Shown: positions 1 to 9,550 of the stretch, one piece after another
How positions within the stretch are numbered: position 1 is the stretch's first letter
Layout of the letters: every line of letters begins with the position of its first letter
Virus record (IMG/VR): IMGVR_UViG_3300048854_000081
Location: 286,037-350,036 of that record
Strand: one strand, 5' to 3'
Length of the DNA stretch: 64,000 nt
DNA from: a virus
Taxonomy: Duplodnaviria > Caudoviricetes
Made by a program: the position numbers and the translations under genes
The notes under the pieces: model-generated
What the model was told of the DNA's origin: nothing
Databases searched by the model: none
What the model saw: the letters and a program-made list of their open reading frames with translations, nothing else

Positions 1-270
1 TTTAAGTCGATTAGCTCTGTAGGATATGACAATCATATTGTCGAGAGAATATCCCTTGGATGAATCAATTCGATCAAAGCTGATCGAATCATCCTCTACT
101 TTGGTACGATGGAAGTGTAATGGTATCCCAAGGATGGGACAGGTGATAGGAATACCAATCTCATCGATGTCCGATGGCAGTAACGTAAATGGAATACCAC
201 GCTTTGTTGCAGACGCCTTTAGCTGATTCCATATATCTTTGAAATCTCTTTGGGTAAGATGTAAATTCAT
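1..270 (-). CDS. HNH-like endonuclease, N-terminal part (runs off window start; not in ORF track)
   Basis: Manual translation from ATG at 270: MNLHLTQRDFKDIWNQLKASATKRGIPF...TCPILGIPL...SISFDRIDSSKGYSLDN...SYRANRLK; same DRIDSxxGY motif as 27227..27763. Confidence 0.75.
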   Translation of the reverse strand, partial: MNLHLTQRDFKDIWNQLKASATKRGIPFTLLPSDIDEIGIPITCPILGIPLHFHRTKVEDDSISFDRIDSSKGYSLDNMIVISYRANRLK

Positions 271-305
271 AACTATGGTCGTTTATCATAGTTATATATG
301 CCACT

Positions 306-334
306 TGACTTTCAATGAAAATGGTGGATAATGA
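306..334 (+). promoter_or_regulatory. sigma70-like early promoter
   Basis: TTGACT-N17-GATAAT upstream of ATG 362. Confidence 0.6.
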
Positions 335-361
335 TGCAATACATTTCACCTGAGACAAATC

Positions 362-1153
362 ATGCATGACGTAAATCTTTACACTGGAAGCAACCCGAAG
401 CCGGAATGGAATCCGAATATTGATTATGTGAAGAAGACCTTCATGTTCGATACGAGGCACGTCATTTCGCATTTCTCTGAGTATCCGGTTTACACACTGG
501 ACAATGCGTTTCCTGAAGATATCTGTAATCACTTGATTGCCGAGTTCGAAAAGCAGGATCACTATGCTGTCGGTGTGGATGGTTACGCTAATGCAGCCGA
601 GCATACCGGCTCTTATAGAGCGATGGCATGGAGTGAATCCGTCGCCAATCAGGTCTCTGAAAGACTTCATAAGATTATTGATGAGAACTCATTTGACGGT
701 GGTCTTGATGGGTTGGTTCATCTTAGCGATCTTTCAATTCTCTACACACCATTCAGACCCGTGTTAGAGGCTGAGTACGATATGATTGGTTCTACACCAT
801 GGCTTCGCTTTATGAAGTATGGTCAGGGTGGTAAGCACACTCCACATTATGATGCCCCATTCCATAATGAAGATGAACGATACATTACGTTGTACTCATG
901 GGTTCTCTATCTAAACACACCAGAAGGTGAAGGTGGAAATTTCCAGTTTGTGGCTGATGGTCAGGAAGATGTACACCCACTAGATCAAAATCTTAATGAT
1001 TGGGATCACATGAGTGAGACATCCGTTCTAGATATCAAGCCGGAGCGTGGGAAGCTTCTTGTGTTCCCACATTGGCTATGCCATCAGGTGCAAGAGTATC
1101 TTGGTAACGATCATCGTTATATCATCCGTGGAGACGTAGCTTTTGGATACTGA
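362..1153 (+). CDS. 2OG-Fe(II) oxygenase (prolyl 4-hydroxylase-like)
   Basis: RFMKY...PHYD (HxD), LYLN, GG, FPHWLCH, RYIIRGD. Confidence 0.85.
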   Translation: MHDVNLYTGSNPKPEWNPNIDYVKKTFMFDTRHVISHFSEYPVYTLDNAFPEDICNHLIAEFEKQDHYAVGVDGYANAAEHTGSYRAMAWSESVANQVSERLHKIIDENSFDGGLDGLVHLSDLSILYTPFRPVLEAEYDMIGSTPWLRFMKYGQGGKHTPHYDAPFHNEDERYITLYSWVLYLNTPEGEGGNFQFVADGQEDVHPLDQNLNDWDHMSETSVLDIKPERGKLLVFPHWLCHQVQEYLGNDHRYIIRGDVAFGY

Positions 1154-1157
1154 ATTG

Positions 1158-1829
1158 ATGTGTGACGAGCCGTGGTATCAAGAACTTGAGCGTAAGTACG
1201 GATATGAATTCTGTGCTACGGCTGGATACTTCATGGAATTCAAGCCATGGGCTCACTCATATCGTAAACATTTTAAGCTTGACGAATTGGAGCCTGTCGA
1301 TGCAGTCATACAGTACTCAGGTGCATTTCATCCGATCCATTATGGGCATGTTGAATGTTTTCATAATGCCATCAATCAGGTAGTTGTTTGGACGAATGCA
1401 CAGAGTGGCTACGTATTTTTACACATTGATCATAGTGACTATCGTGATTCTAAGGGATACTGTTCCGATGAAGTGTTCAAGGAACGCATAGCTGACGTGG
1501 TAGAGAACTTCGAATATAAGAATTTTAAGATTATTCCTATCTTCGACGATGCTATGCCTGACAATTGTTCACGTAACTTCACTAGACTGTATACTGAGTT
1601 ATCTAAAGTTTTTAGACACGTATATTTCGTGTGTGGTGGTGATCGTGCAAACTATGCATTAACCTTTATGGATAAAGGTAAAGTTATTGTATCTGGAAGA
1701 CAGTCATCACCAACATATGAAAGTTACAAACATTTAATGAATGATAGAATCTGGTTTATCGGTGGTAACAATTCATCATCTTCTACGGATATCCGTTCAC
1801 AACTTAACAAAGAGCAATCACATGACTGA
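1158..1829 (+). CDS. HIGH-family nucleotidyltransferase (cytidylyltransferase/NadD-like)
   Basis: GAFHPIHYGH (HxGH), GGDR, C-terminal SSTDIR; ATG at 1158 chosen over TTG 1143. Confidence 0.75.
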   Translation: MCDEPWYQELERKYGYEFCATAGYFMEFKPWAHSYRKHFKLDELEPVDAVIQYSGAFHPIHYGHVECFHNAINQVVVWTNAQSGYVFLHIDHSDYRDSKGYCSDEVFKERIADVVENFEYKNFKIIPIFDDAMPDNCSRNFTRLYTELSKVFRHVYFVCGGDRANYALTFMDKGKVIVSGRQSSPTYESYKHLMNDRIWFIGGNNSSSSTDIRSQLNKEQSHD

Positions 1830-2613
1830 CATTATTACTGCAAACGACATCGAAGTTGAAATTAATACCTCGGCTGTCGAGCCTGCACAGTACTTCAAGA
1901 TTCTGAAGGGCAAGACTCAGGATGCAACCAGCGAACGTCTTAGCGACCAGCTTAAGACGGTTTCCGCACAGATCATTGCTGCGAATCGCGTCGGCCAGAA
2001 ATCATTTTTAGAGAAGCTTGCATTTACTCATAGCGTGATCGTCAAGGAACAGATGCTTCTTGCTAACGGTATTTCCAAGTTTGTTTACAAGGATGACATC
2101 AAGCAATTCTTGGATAAGGTCCAACCTGTAAATTCGATCAAGATTATTGAACTGGAACGCTATCCGCGTGCCATCCCTCTTGATGTTCTCAATAAGCTGG
2201 ATGCAGTCAAGCAACTAGGTATCTTCGATGAATTTTGTGTGGTCTTCACTGACCTTACCGATTCTACTTACGAAACTGCGGATGAAAAGGAATTCGTAAA
2301 GCGCAACCGCGATCCTATCGTGTTCGGGTTCTTTAAGGAAGAAAAGACTTCATTGAAGCATGACCGTTTCTACTTCGTTGTGGATTGGGAAGATGAACAT
2401 TGTGATCTTACCTTTACCAAAATGATTGAGAAGATGGCCGAACTGGATATGAAGAATGTAGAGAAGGAGATTGGAGTCGATCCAGCCTACCTACAGGAAA
2501 TCGTAGATAACACTCTTGCTTCGATGGGTAAGCGTCACATGTCAAGTTTACAGCAGTCGGAAGGCAGTGTGGAGAAGCCTAAGTCTTGGTTTAAGCGTAT
2601 CTTCGGAAAATGA
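1822..2613 (+). CDS. hypothetical phage protein
   Basis: Long ORF with typical codon usage; RDPIVFG...FYFVVDW motif. Confidence 0.75.
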   Translation: MTDIITANDIEVEINTSAVEPAQYFKILKGKTQDATSERLSDQLKTVSAQIIAANRVGQKSFLEKLAFTHSVIVKEQMLLANGISKFVYKDDIKQFLDKVQPVNSIKIIELERYPRAIPLDVLNKLDAVKQLGIFDEFCVVFTDLTDSTYETADEKEFVKRNRDPIVFGFFKEEKTSLKHDRFYFVVDWEDEHCDLTFTKMIEKMAELDMKNVEKEIGVDPAYLQEIVDNTLASMGKRHMSSLQQSEGSVEKPKSWFKRIFGK

Positions 2614-3059
2614 TTACGAAGGATGCGGACCTAACCTTGGAGTCTTGGTTTGCAGGGGATACGGACCATCGTCTCCTGTTAAACCGGGAAGATGCTTATG
2701 TTAGAAATAATCATATAAAATACCATCATGGTAGTGTCTTAGAAGATAAACCTAAAAATAGGGTTCAGCTTGTTGACCTTATGTTTTTGGTATTGAGTAA
2801 GCATTCACATCCAAATGTACAGCGTATTCTAGGTGAGGACGAAAATAGGGAATACGATTGGGTTGAAAAGCATGTCGATATTTTGGACTCTGCACCAGAG
2901 AGCCTACCCAACTACGGATATGGTTACGTTCTACATAATGTAATATATTCTGAATGTGAATGTTGTGGTGGTGAAATGCATCTACTCAACAATAGTACTG
3001 GTTATTCGATCTGTGATCGATGTAACGTTAGACTCCACTTGAAACCACTTGAGCTATAA
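2610..3059 (+). CDS. hypothetical protein with C-terminal Zn ribbon
   Basis: ATGA overlap; CECC...CDRC. Confidence 0.65.
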   Translation: MITKDADLTLESWFAGDTDHRLLLNREDAYVRNNHIKYHHGSVLEDKPKNRVQLVDLMFLVLSKHSHPNVQRILGEDENREYDWVEKHVDILDSAPESLPNYGYGYVLHNVIYSECECCGGEMHLLNNSTGYSICDRCNVRLHLKPLEL

Positions 3060-3063
3060 AGAG

Positions 3064-3084
3064 AAGCCACCTTTCGGTGGCTTT
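3064..3084. terminator. bidirectional intrinsic terminator
   Basis: AAGCCACC-tttc-GGTGGCTT between convergent genes. Confidence 0.7.
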
Positions 3085-3087
3085 GTC

Positions 3088-3447
3088 TTATTCTGTCGGC
3101 TTGTTCATCGGCTTGTCGTTGCCTAGATAGTCCATGCCATCCTGTAGCAATCGCTTAAGCAATTCGTCACGATGCTGATCAATGAATCCCTTCACTAGCT
3201 GGGCATCGGTGGCATCACCATCATGGATAGTTCCATTGTCGTTCACATCGATGTCTTTGATCATGTAACCCTTGGACTTAGGATCGAATTCGACGGAGAC
3301 AGCGTAAACCACGCCATTGTTTCTGTCCTTGATAGCGATATCACCATCAACCTTGTCACCGTCCATGTCAAACGTGTTTACGTTTACTAGAGCAAACTGT
3401 GGAGCATCATTGTCCATGATTGCTTCTAGTAGATTTTGAATTTTCAT
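3088..3447 (-). CDS. late acidic protein, candidate internal head protein
   Basis: N-terminus MKIQNLLE; TATAAATA upstream. Confidence 0.65.
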   Translation of the reverse strand: MKIQNLLEAIMDNDAPQFALVNVNTFDMDGDKVDGDIAIKDRNNGVVYAVSVEFDPKSKGYMIKDIDVNDNGTIHDGDATDAQLVKGFIDQHRDELLKRLLQDGMDYLGNDKPMNKPTE

Positions 3448-3467
3448 AATAATTCCGAATTTGTTAA

Positions 3468-3475
3468 TATTTATA
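3468..3475 (-). promoter_or_regulatory. T4-type late promoter TATAAATA
   Basis: Exact T4 late consensus ~20 nt upstream of the ATG at 3447. Confidence 0.75.
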
Positions 3476-3480
3476 GAACG

Positions 3481-3510
3481 TTGACATATCGCTTACCTAA
3501 ACCCTATACT
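3481..3510 (+). promoter_or_regulatory. sigma70-like promoter
   Basis: TTGACA-N18-TATACT. Confidence 0.6.
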
Positions 3511-3533
3511 ACCTGAAAGTTAGGTATAATACA

Positions 3534-3980
3534 ATGCAAGACAAATGGAATAACCGATTCATGGATTTAGCTTTCCATGTTGCATCATGGTCACGCGATC
3601 CAAGTACTAAAGTTGGCGCACTGATTGTAGATTATGAACACAACGTCAGAGCCATGGGTTACAATGGATTCCCAAGAGGAATCGCTGATACCGATGAGCG
3701 TTTGAATAACCGTGAACTCAAATATCCTTTAACCGTACATGCAGAACGAAACGCACTGGCATCCTGTGCGAAGCTCGGTATCCGTACCGATGGATGTTAC
3801 CTAGTATGCACACACTATCCGTGTTCGGTATGTGCAGGTATCATCATCCAGTCAGGTATCATGAGGGTTATCGTAAAGAAGCCTGATGAGGCTTTCTTGG
3901 GTCGCTGGGAAGATACACAGCTTGCGTTAGATATGTTTGCAGAAGCCAATGTGGCTATCGAGATAGTGAACCAAGAGTAA
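3534..3980 (+). CDS. dCMP deaminase
   Basis: SRDPSTKVGA, GYNGFPRG, HAERNA, PCSVC. Confidence 0.92.
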   Translation: MQDKWNNRFMDLAFHVASWSRDPSTKVGALIVDYEHNVRAMGYNGFPRGIADTDERLNNRELKYPLTVHAERNALASCAKLGIRTDGCYLVCTHYPCSVCAGIIIQSGIMRVIVKKPDEAFLGRWEDTQLALDMFAEANVAIEIVNQE

Positions 3981-4048
3981 ATGAAATACATTTCAATATT
4001 GATTGAATCGTCACATGCTGATATGATGTGTAAAGAATAACAATTTAA

Positions 4049-4546
4049 ATGGAACCTAATATGAAGCATCTGACCCTACCCACTTTTATCATGCTCGTCG
4101 GCTTGCCGGGGAGCGGCAAGAGCACTTGGCGTAACAGTGTTGAAAACCTGTCTGAGTATGAAATCGTGTCGTCGGATGACTACATTGACAAGATTGCTTT
4201 GCGCGAAGGAAAGACTTATACTGAGGTGTTTGACTCTGCCGTGAAGGAAGCTTCACGTGAAATGCAGATCACTTTCGATAAGGCTATTGCCGACAAGAAG
4301 CACATCATTTGGGATCAGACCAACCTCTCGGCTAAGAAGCGCAAGGGTGTTCTGTCCCGTCTTCCGAAGGGTTATCTGTCTATTGCGGTCGTCTTCGAAG
4401 TGGAACTGGATGTCATCAAGGCCAGAATCAAGAAGCGTGCCGAAGAGACCGGTAAGAACATTCCGGAATTCGTCATCATAAATATGTTGAAGACCTACGA
4501 AAAGCCTACTGTTGGCGAAGGTTTCAATAAGATTATTACTGTATAA
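4049..4546 (+). CDS. P-loop kinase (polynucleotide kinase-like, AAA_33)
   Basis: GLPGSGKST, SSDD, DQTN, R-x-x-x-R lid. Confidence 0.85.
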   Translation: MEPNMKHLTLPTFIMLVGLPGSGKSTWRNSVENLSEYEIVSSDDYIDKIALREGKTYTEVFDSAVKEASREMQITFDKAIADKKHIIWDQTNLSAKKRKGVLSRLPKGYLSIAVVFEVELDVIKARIKKRAEETGKNIPEFVIINMLKTYEKPTVGEGFNKIITV

Positions 4547-4556
4547 GGAATCAGTC

Positions 4557-5189
4557 ATGATAGAAGAGCAGACTCACCACAATATAGGACTACCACAGAT
4601 TCTTTTACTAGACGCTGGTGGTAACGCCATTGACTGGATTAGCTACGCAGATTTTGCAACACTGAAGGCCAAGGATCGTATCCTTTGGACTACGGGTACG
4701 TATGCTTGTACGATTCGTGGTGGTACCAATGCAATTTCTGGTAAGCGTACTGAGTTGGTCTTGGATACTATCGTGGCTATCAAGCACGAGAAGAAAGAAA
4801 AGACCAAGAAGAAGCATGCAGACGGTTTCAACCCAACCCTTACGAATAAGATGTTGTTCGCAAGAGACAAGAACCTGTGTGCATACTGCGGTCACGTCTA
4901 CGCTGCTAAGAAGCTTACCCGCGACCATGTAATTCCTCAGTCGAAGGGTGGTCCAGACGTATGGGAAAATGTAGTGACTGCGTGCAGCACTTGTAACCTA
5001 TGGAAGGACGACAAGATGCTGGACGATGCTGACTTGAAGTTGCTATATGTTCCTTACAAGCCATCGTTCCACGAGCACCTAATTCTTAAGAACAGAAACC
5101 TACTGGGCGACCAGCTAGAATTCTTGCTTAAGGGTGTATCGGAGCACAGCCCAGTGTTTAAGGAATTCTCCGAAAGGTTAGTTGCTTAG
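4557..5189 (+). CDS. HNH endonuclease (McrA-like)
   Basis: LFARD..CAYCG..LTRDHVIP.SKGG...WENVVTAC..CN..K; RBS AAGGA before ATG 4557. Confidence 0.88.
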   Translation: MIEEQTHHNIGLPQILLLDAGGNAIDWISYADFATLKAKDRILWTTGTYACTIRGGTNAISGKRTELVLDTIVAIKHEKKEKTKKKHADGFNPTLTNKMLFARDKNLCAYCGHVYAAKKLTRDHVIPQSKGGPDVWENVVTACSTCNLWKDDKMLDDADLKLLYVPYKPSFHEHLILKNRNLLGDQLEFLLKGVSEHSPVFKEFSERLVA

Positions 5190-5196
5190 GAAGAAG

Positions 5197-5224
5197 AAAA
5201 GCCCGTCGAATGACGGGCTTTTTT
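5197..5224. terminator. bidirectional intrinsic terminator
   Basis: AAAAGCCCGTC-gaat-GACGGGCTTTT. Confidence 0.8.
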
Positions 5225-5225
5225 A

Positions 5226-6098
5226 TTACATCACCAAAATACCGTTGGCAACTGATCCTAGTAGATCGTCGAGATAATAAGTTATATCTCTAGCGAACAT
5301 TTGAACCATATCATTGACTTCCTCGTAATCGTCACGAATACTGAAGTGCTGTTTTGAAGCACCCGCACCGCCGCCAAATTGCTTAGGTGCTGGATTGAAC
5401 TTAATCTTACCTGTAGTTAGATACTGTGCAATCAATTCATTTAGAATTTCAAACCAATCTCTAACTGTACGTTCTCTAGCAGAACGGAATGTGCTGATTT
5501 CATAAAAGAAATACAACATAGCAAGCTGATTCTTTCTTACACTATTATCTCGCATTCCACGATTGAACATTTCACGTTCACTACCGGGAAAGTTTTGGTT
5601 ACCATAGTAAGCCATTATTTCCTTAACGGTGTTCAATAAGTAATCGGATACTTGACGATATTGACTGTGTGAGTCTCTAATACTATTCTCTCTAGCTAGT
5701 GCATGGCCGATGCGATGGGCCATGATCCAAGCAGTCATATTCTTACGTTCAGAACCCTTATTGTTAGTGAAGACCACTTGGATATGATCTTGATCCATGT
5801 TGGGTTGAATGGCAGCATATACTTCATCGCCAAGATTTTGTTTAACCCAATCAGGGGTGACTAGACCGACTTCGGTATGTTTATTAGCCTGTGGAGAGTT
5901 TACGAAATAGAAATCGAAATCGTGTGGGGATGCGCCAAATTTCTTACGGGTACGTTCGATAGCCTTGGGATGGCGGATAAGGTTACGGTCGCGCTGATCA
6001 CGAAAGGATGAGTTCTTATCGAAGTTACCAATGGTTTTGTAATCACGCAAAGCCATTTCATTAATAAGGAAATTTTTGAAGGAAAGATTTTTAGACAT
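5226..6098 (-). CDS. late protein, candidate internal head protein
   Basis: N-terminus MSKNLSFKNFLINE; AATAAATA box at 6122..6129; HRIGH motif. Confidence 0.65.
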   Translation of the reverse strand: MSKNLSFKNFLINEMALRDYKTIGNFDKNSSFRDQRDRNLIRHPKAIERTRKKFGASPHDFDFYFVNSPQANKHTEVGLVTPDWVKQNLGDEVYAAIQPNMDQDHIQVVFTNNKGSERKNMTAWIMAHRIGHALARENSIRDSHSQYRQVSDYLLNTVKEIMAYYGNQNFPGSEREMFNRGMRDNSVRKNQLAMLYFFYEISTFRSARERTVRDWFEILNELIAQYLTTGKIKFNPAPKQFGGGAGASKQHFSIRDDYEEVNDMVQMFARDITYYLDDLLGSVANGILVM

Positions 6099-6189
6099 TG
6101 TTTCTATTCAATTATTACCCATATTTATTCGATATACCTTGCTGAATGACAAATTAACTGGTACAATTTGCGGAAATTGGAAACCGTAA

Positions 6190-6753
6190 ATGAACTTAGT
6201 TGAATATCAAGAGAAAGCCCTTCGTACCGAATCTATCGTTACCGAAGTAGTTGCAGATAAGAATGAGTTGCTACACGTACTATCGATCTTCGTCACCGCT
6301 GGTGAAATGCTCGATTGTCTTAAGAAGAAGATTTACTACAAGAACCCTAAGAAGTATAACGAAAAGTTCCAAGAGCTTTCCGATAGCCTGAAGTTCTTTG
6401 ATACATGTGCTGACCGTCATCATGGCGAACAGCAGGAAGAGCCGCTAATCGGTATCGATCCTCGTGTATTCCACGGCATCGTTGGAGCCAGCACAGAATC
6501 CGCAGAGCTTGCCGCCGCCCTTATGAAGTACATCACGACCGGTCAGCTTGACGGCGTTAACGTACAAGAAGAAATGGCTGACACTAGCTGGTACTTCGCT
6601 ATCCTAAATGATTCTCTAGATTTGTCATGGGAAGAAGGTCTGGTGCGTAATATTGCTAAGCTTAAGGCTCGTTATCCTGAGAAGTATTCGGATGAGAGCG
6701 CAGAAGTCCGCGACCTAGATACGGAACGTAAGATTCTTGAAGGTAAGGCTTGA
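6190..6753 (+). CDS. MazG-like nucleotide pyrophosphohydrolase
   Basis: YQ..A.RT, ESAEL, EEMADTSWY, NIAKLKARYPEKY. Confidence 0.8.
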   Translation: MNLVEYQEKALRTESIVTEVVADKNELLHVLSIFVTAGEMLDCLKKKIYYKNPKKYNEKFQELSDSLKFFDTCADRHHGEQQEEPLIGIDPRVFHGIVGASTESAELAAALMKYITTGQLDGVNVQEEMADTSWYFAILNDSLDLSWEEGLVRNIAKLKARYPEKYSDESAEVRDLDTERKILEGKA

Positions 6754-7352
6754 GCGATCAAGCCCCTTTAATTGGACAATGGAATAACATGACACAGCAA
6801 ACCATAATTCTGGATGCAGACGATACGCTCCTAGATTTGAAATACCCAATGTGCGAAAAGCTCAATAAATACACAGGAAGATCAATTTCATGCGATCAAT
6901 GGAATTCGTTTAATATCACTGATATTTACGGCGGACTCGACATTGAAGACTTCTATTCGCTTATCATTAACGAAAAGCTCTTGGTCAATGCTGTCCCTTA
7001 CGAGGGATCAAAGGCTACCTTGGAAACACTCAAGGAAAAGGGTTACAAAATCGTTATTATAAGCTCTAGAGCTTATCATCCAGAAGCTTACGAAGTTACG
7101 AAGCAATGGTTTGATGAACATGAACTTCCTTACGATAGAATTCATATTTCGGGTAATGGCATCAAGAAATCCATTTACTCAAATATCTATGACAACATCG
7201 TACTAACAGTGGATGATAACTTGGAAAATTGCGAAGACTTTAATAACAATTGTAAGGTAGAAAACGTATTGTTAATGAATCAACCTTGGAACGCACAGAA
7301 TCAGTCGTTCCAGAGGGTAAGCACTATTCAAGAGATTTTGAATTACCTCTAA
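6750..7352 (+). CDS. HAD 5'(3')-deoxyribonucleotidase (NT5C-like)
   Basis: LDADDTL, ISSR, VDD, PWN. Confidence 0.8.
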   Translation: MSDQAPLIGQWNNMTQQTIILDADDTLLDLKYPMCEKLNKYTGRSISCDQWNSFNITDIYGGLDIEDFYSLIINEKLLVNAVPYEGSKATLETLKEKGYKIVIISSRAYHPEAYEVTKQWFDEHELPYDRIHISGNGIKKSIYSNIYDNIVLTVDDNLENCEDFNNNCKVENVLLMNQPWNAQNQSFQRVSTIQEILNYL

Positions 7353-7395
7353 GGGAAAATCATAAGATTCCCTAGAGCTAACCTAGGAGAATCTT

Positions 7396-7689
7396 ATGAA
7401 ATTTGCAAATAAAACAAAAGTAAAGACATTGATTGAAGATAAGGGTGGAGTTCTGATCGATTTGAGAACACCCGTCGATTACAGAAATGGCAGCATCGAT
7501 GGTGCCAAGAATCTTCCTCTTACAAATTTCATTAACAGCTTCTTGAAGTTCGACAAGGCTAAGCCTATAGTATTGATCGTCAACTTTGTAGATGATGCCG
7601 ACCTGAAGACCATCGACACGTACGCTATGCAGTTAGGTTATGAGAAGATTTGGGCTGCTGAATATAACCAGTTACGTGACGCAACCTGA
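7396..7689 (+). CDS. rhodanese-like domain protein (no catalytic Cys)
   Basis: LIDLRTP.DY..GSIDGAKNLPL; no Cys in sequence. Confidence 0.7.
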   Translation: MKFANKTKVKTLIEDKGGVLIDLRTPVDYRNGSIDGAKNLPLTNFINSFLKFDKAKPIVLIVNFVDDADLKTIDTYAMQLGYEKIWAAEYNQLRDAT

Positions 7690-7750
7690 TACTTGACAAT
7701 CAAATGCTTTACACCTAGAATGGCTCCTATCACAAGTAGGGGCCATTTTT

Positions 7751-8887
7751 ATGCTCGGTATCTTTCTAGCCATCATCGTTCTTTCGATCATCGTCGCAGT
7801 AGCATTGCGTTTCATTTTTCCTCAAAGATTCACGAACACTGAAACCTTTCTCACGATGGGTGGCGCAATCCTTGCTGGTGGATTGATGCTGCTTATCGTC
7901 AGCTATGGTAACACTCATGACTTCGATGTCCTCAACGGTCAGGTGACCGGAAAGGAAATGGAGCGTGTCTCTTGCTCTCATAGCTATTCATGCCACTGCC
8001 ATATGGTATCGAGTGGTTCCGGTAAGAATCGTACCAGTCATGAAGAGTGCGATACCTGCTACCGTCATTCGTTTGATCAGGATTGGGTCGTTCATAGTTC
8101 CGTTGGCGACTTTGATATCGAACGTATCGACGATCAGGGTCTTGGTCAACCAAAGCGTTGGACTGAAGTTCTCAAGGGCGATCCTACCTCACGTACCGAA
8201 TGGGTAACGAATTACGTTCTAGCTTCACCTGACAGCCTGTTTAACACCAAGGAACAGACGGCGGATGCTGCAACCTACGGAAAGTGGCTACCTAACTACA
8301 ATAAAATTTACGATTACTATAAGTTTGACCATGTTATGAACATGGGTACGAAGGCGGACACGGATGCATACAACAAGTCACTGGCTAGCATTCTCCGTAT
8401 TCTAGGTCCGGCCAAGCAAGCTAACGTAATTGTAGTATTCGTTCCTACTGCTGACCGTGGCTATAAGGATGCTCTTGAGCGTCATTGGCTGGGTGGTAAG
8501 AAGAATGACATCATTGTAACGATTGGTATCACCGACTATCCAAAAATTGCATGGGCAGATGCGTTCACCTTTGGCAAAACCTCAGGCAATGAATTGCTCG
8601 CAATCAAGATTCGTCAGGATATTGAAACCGTAGGTGATGTGAGCAAGGTTGGCGATGTAGTTGGAAGCATTAATCTCAATTCCGCCAAGTACTTCACTCG
8701 TGAACATATGAAGAAGTATGAATACCTTGAGAACGATTATGTTCCCAGTGGTTGGGCTCTACTTGCATGTTTCATCGTTTATGGTATCATTCTCATCGGT
8801 TTGGTGATCTTCTTCTGGATCAACGATGTCAGAACAGGTATCGATAGCTTCAACGGTTCACCCTCAGTTCGTCCATATCGTCGCTAA
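7751..8887 (+). CDS. membrane protein with periplasmic (TPM-like) domain
   Basis: Two N-terminal and one C-terminal hydrophobic helices; CSHSYSCHC..CDTCY; HWLGGKKND. Confidence 0.7.
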   Translation: MLGIFLAIIVLSIIVAVALRFIFPQRFTNTETFLTMGGAILAGGLMLLIVSYGNTHDFDVLNGQVTGKEMERVSCSHSYSCHCHMVSSGSGKNRTSHEECDTCYRHSFDQDWVVHSSVGDFDIERIDDQGLGQPKRWTEVLKGDPTSRTEWVTNYVLASPDSLFNTKEQTADAATYGKWLPNYNKIYDYYKFDHVMNMGTKADTDAYNKSLASILRILGPAKQANVIVVFVPTADRGYKDALERHWLGGKKNDIIVTIGITDYPKIAWADAFTFGKTSGNELLAIKIRQDIETVGDVSKVGDVVGSINLNSAKYFTREHMKKYEYLENDYVPSGWALLACFIVYGIILIGLVIFFWINDVRTGIDSFNGSPSVRPYRR

Positions 8888-8906
8888 TCTTAATTAAGGA
8901 AAACAT

Positions 8907-9461
8907 ATGAAAGTTGCAGCAATTATTCTCGGTATTGTTCTTGGTTTCGCTCTACTGATCGGTGGCATCTGTTTCGCCTCCTACGTCAGTGCATCGAACT
9001 ACGGTAATTCGTCCGAGCAGGCACTAAGTGCCCAGTATCAGGACAATCAGAACGTCCTCGCACAGTACACGACCAAGATTGCCGAAATCGCACAGGTTCC
9101 GAGCATGTACAAGAAGGACTTGCAGGATGTTATCGATTCGACCTTTAAGGGTCGTTATGGTAGCGATGGTTCGAAGGCTGTGGTTCAGTTCATCAAGGAA
9201 CAGAATCTAAACCTTGATCCAAGCATGTATAAGGAAATTCAGACGCAGATGATCGCTGGTCGTAACAAGTTCGAAAATTCGCAGACGCGTCTTATCGATC
9301 TACGTCGCAGTTATCAGACCGCACTAGGTTCTTTCTGGCAGGGTATGTGGTTGAAGTTTGCCGGGTATCCTAAGACTGATCTGTCGAAGTATGATCCGGT
9401 AATCAACGCTCATACTGAAGAAGCATTCAAGACAAAGCGTGACGAAGGCGTCAAGCTGTAA
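8907..9461 (+). CDS. LemA-like membrane-anchored helical protein
   Basis: N-terminal TM, YxxxxN, helical bundle, ..GRNKFENSQTRL.D..R.Y....F. Confidence 0.6.
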   Translation: MKVAAIILGIVLGFALLIGGICFASYVSASNYGNSSEQALSAQYQDNQNVLAQYTTKIAEIAQVPSMYKKDLQDVIDSTFKGRYGSDGSKAVVQFIKEQNLNLDPSMYKEIQTQMIAGRNKFENSQTRLIDLRRSYQTALGSFWQGMWLKFAGYPKTDLSKYDPVINAHTEEAFKTKRDEGVKL

Positions 9462-9467
9462 TAATAG

Positions 9468-9494
9468 AAAGGCCGGGATTACCCGGCCTTTTTT
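9468..9494 (+). terminator. intrinsic terminator
   Basis: AAAGGCCGGG-atta-CCCGGCCTTTTTT. Confidence 0.8.
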
Positions 9495-9521
9495 ATTGTG
9501 AACAGTTTATAAATGTGATGC

Positions 9522-9550
9522 TTGACACACTTTCATTTAAACGTTAACCT
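9522..9550 (+). promoter_or_regulatory. sigma70-like promoter of secreted-protein operon
   Basis: TTGACA-N17-TAACCT. Confidence 0.6.

Noticed and set aside
1158-1829. Complete NAD reconstitution (NARP) pathway
   Set aside because: No Nampt/Namat or PRPP-synthetase-like gene is visible in this window.
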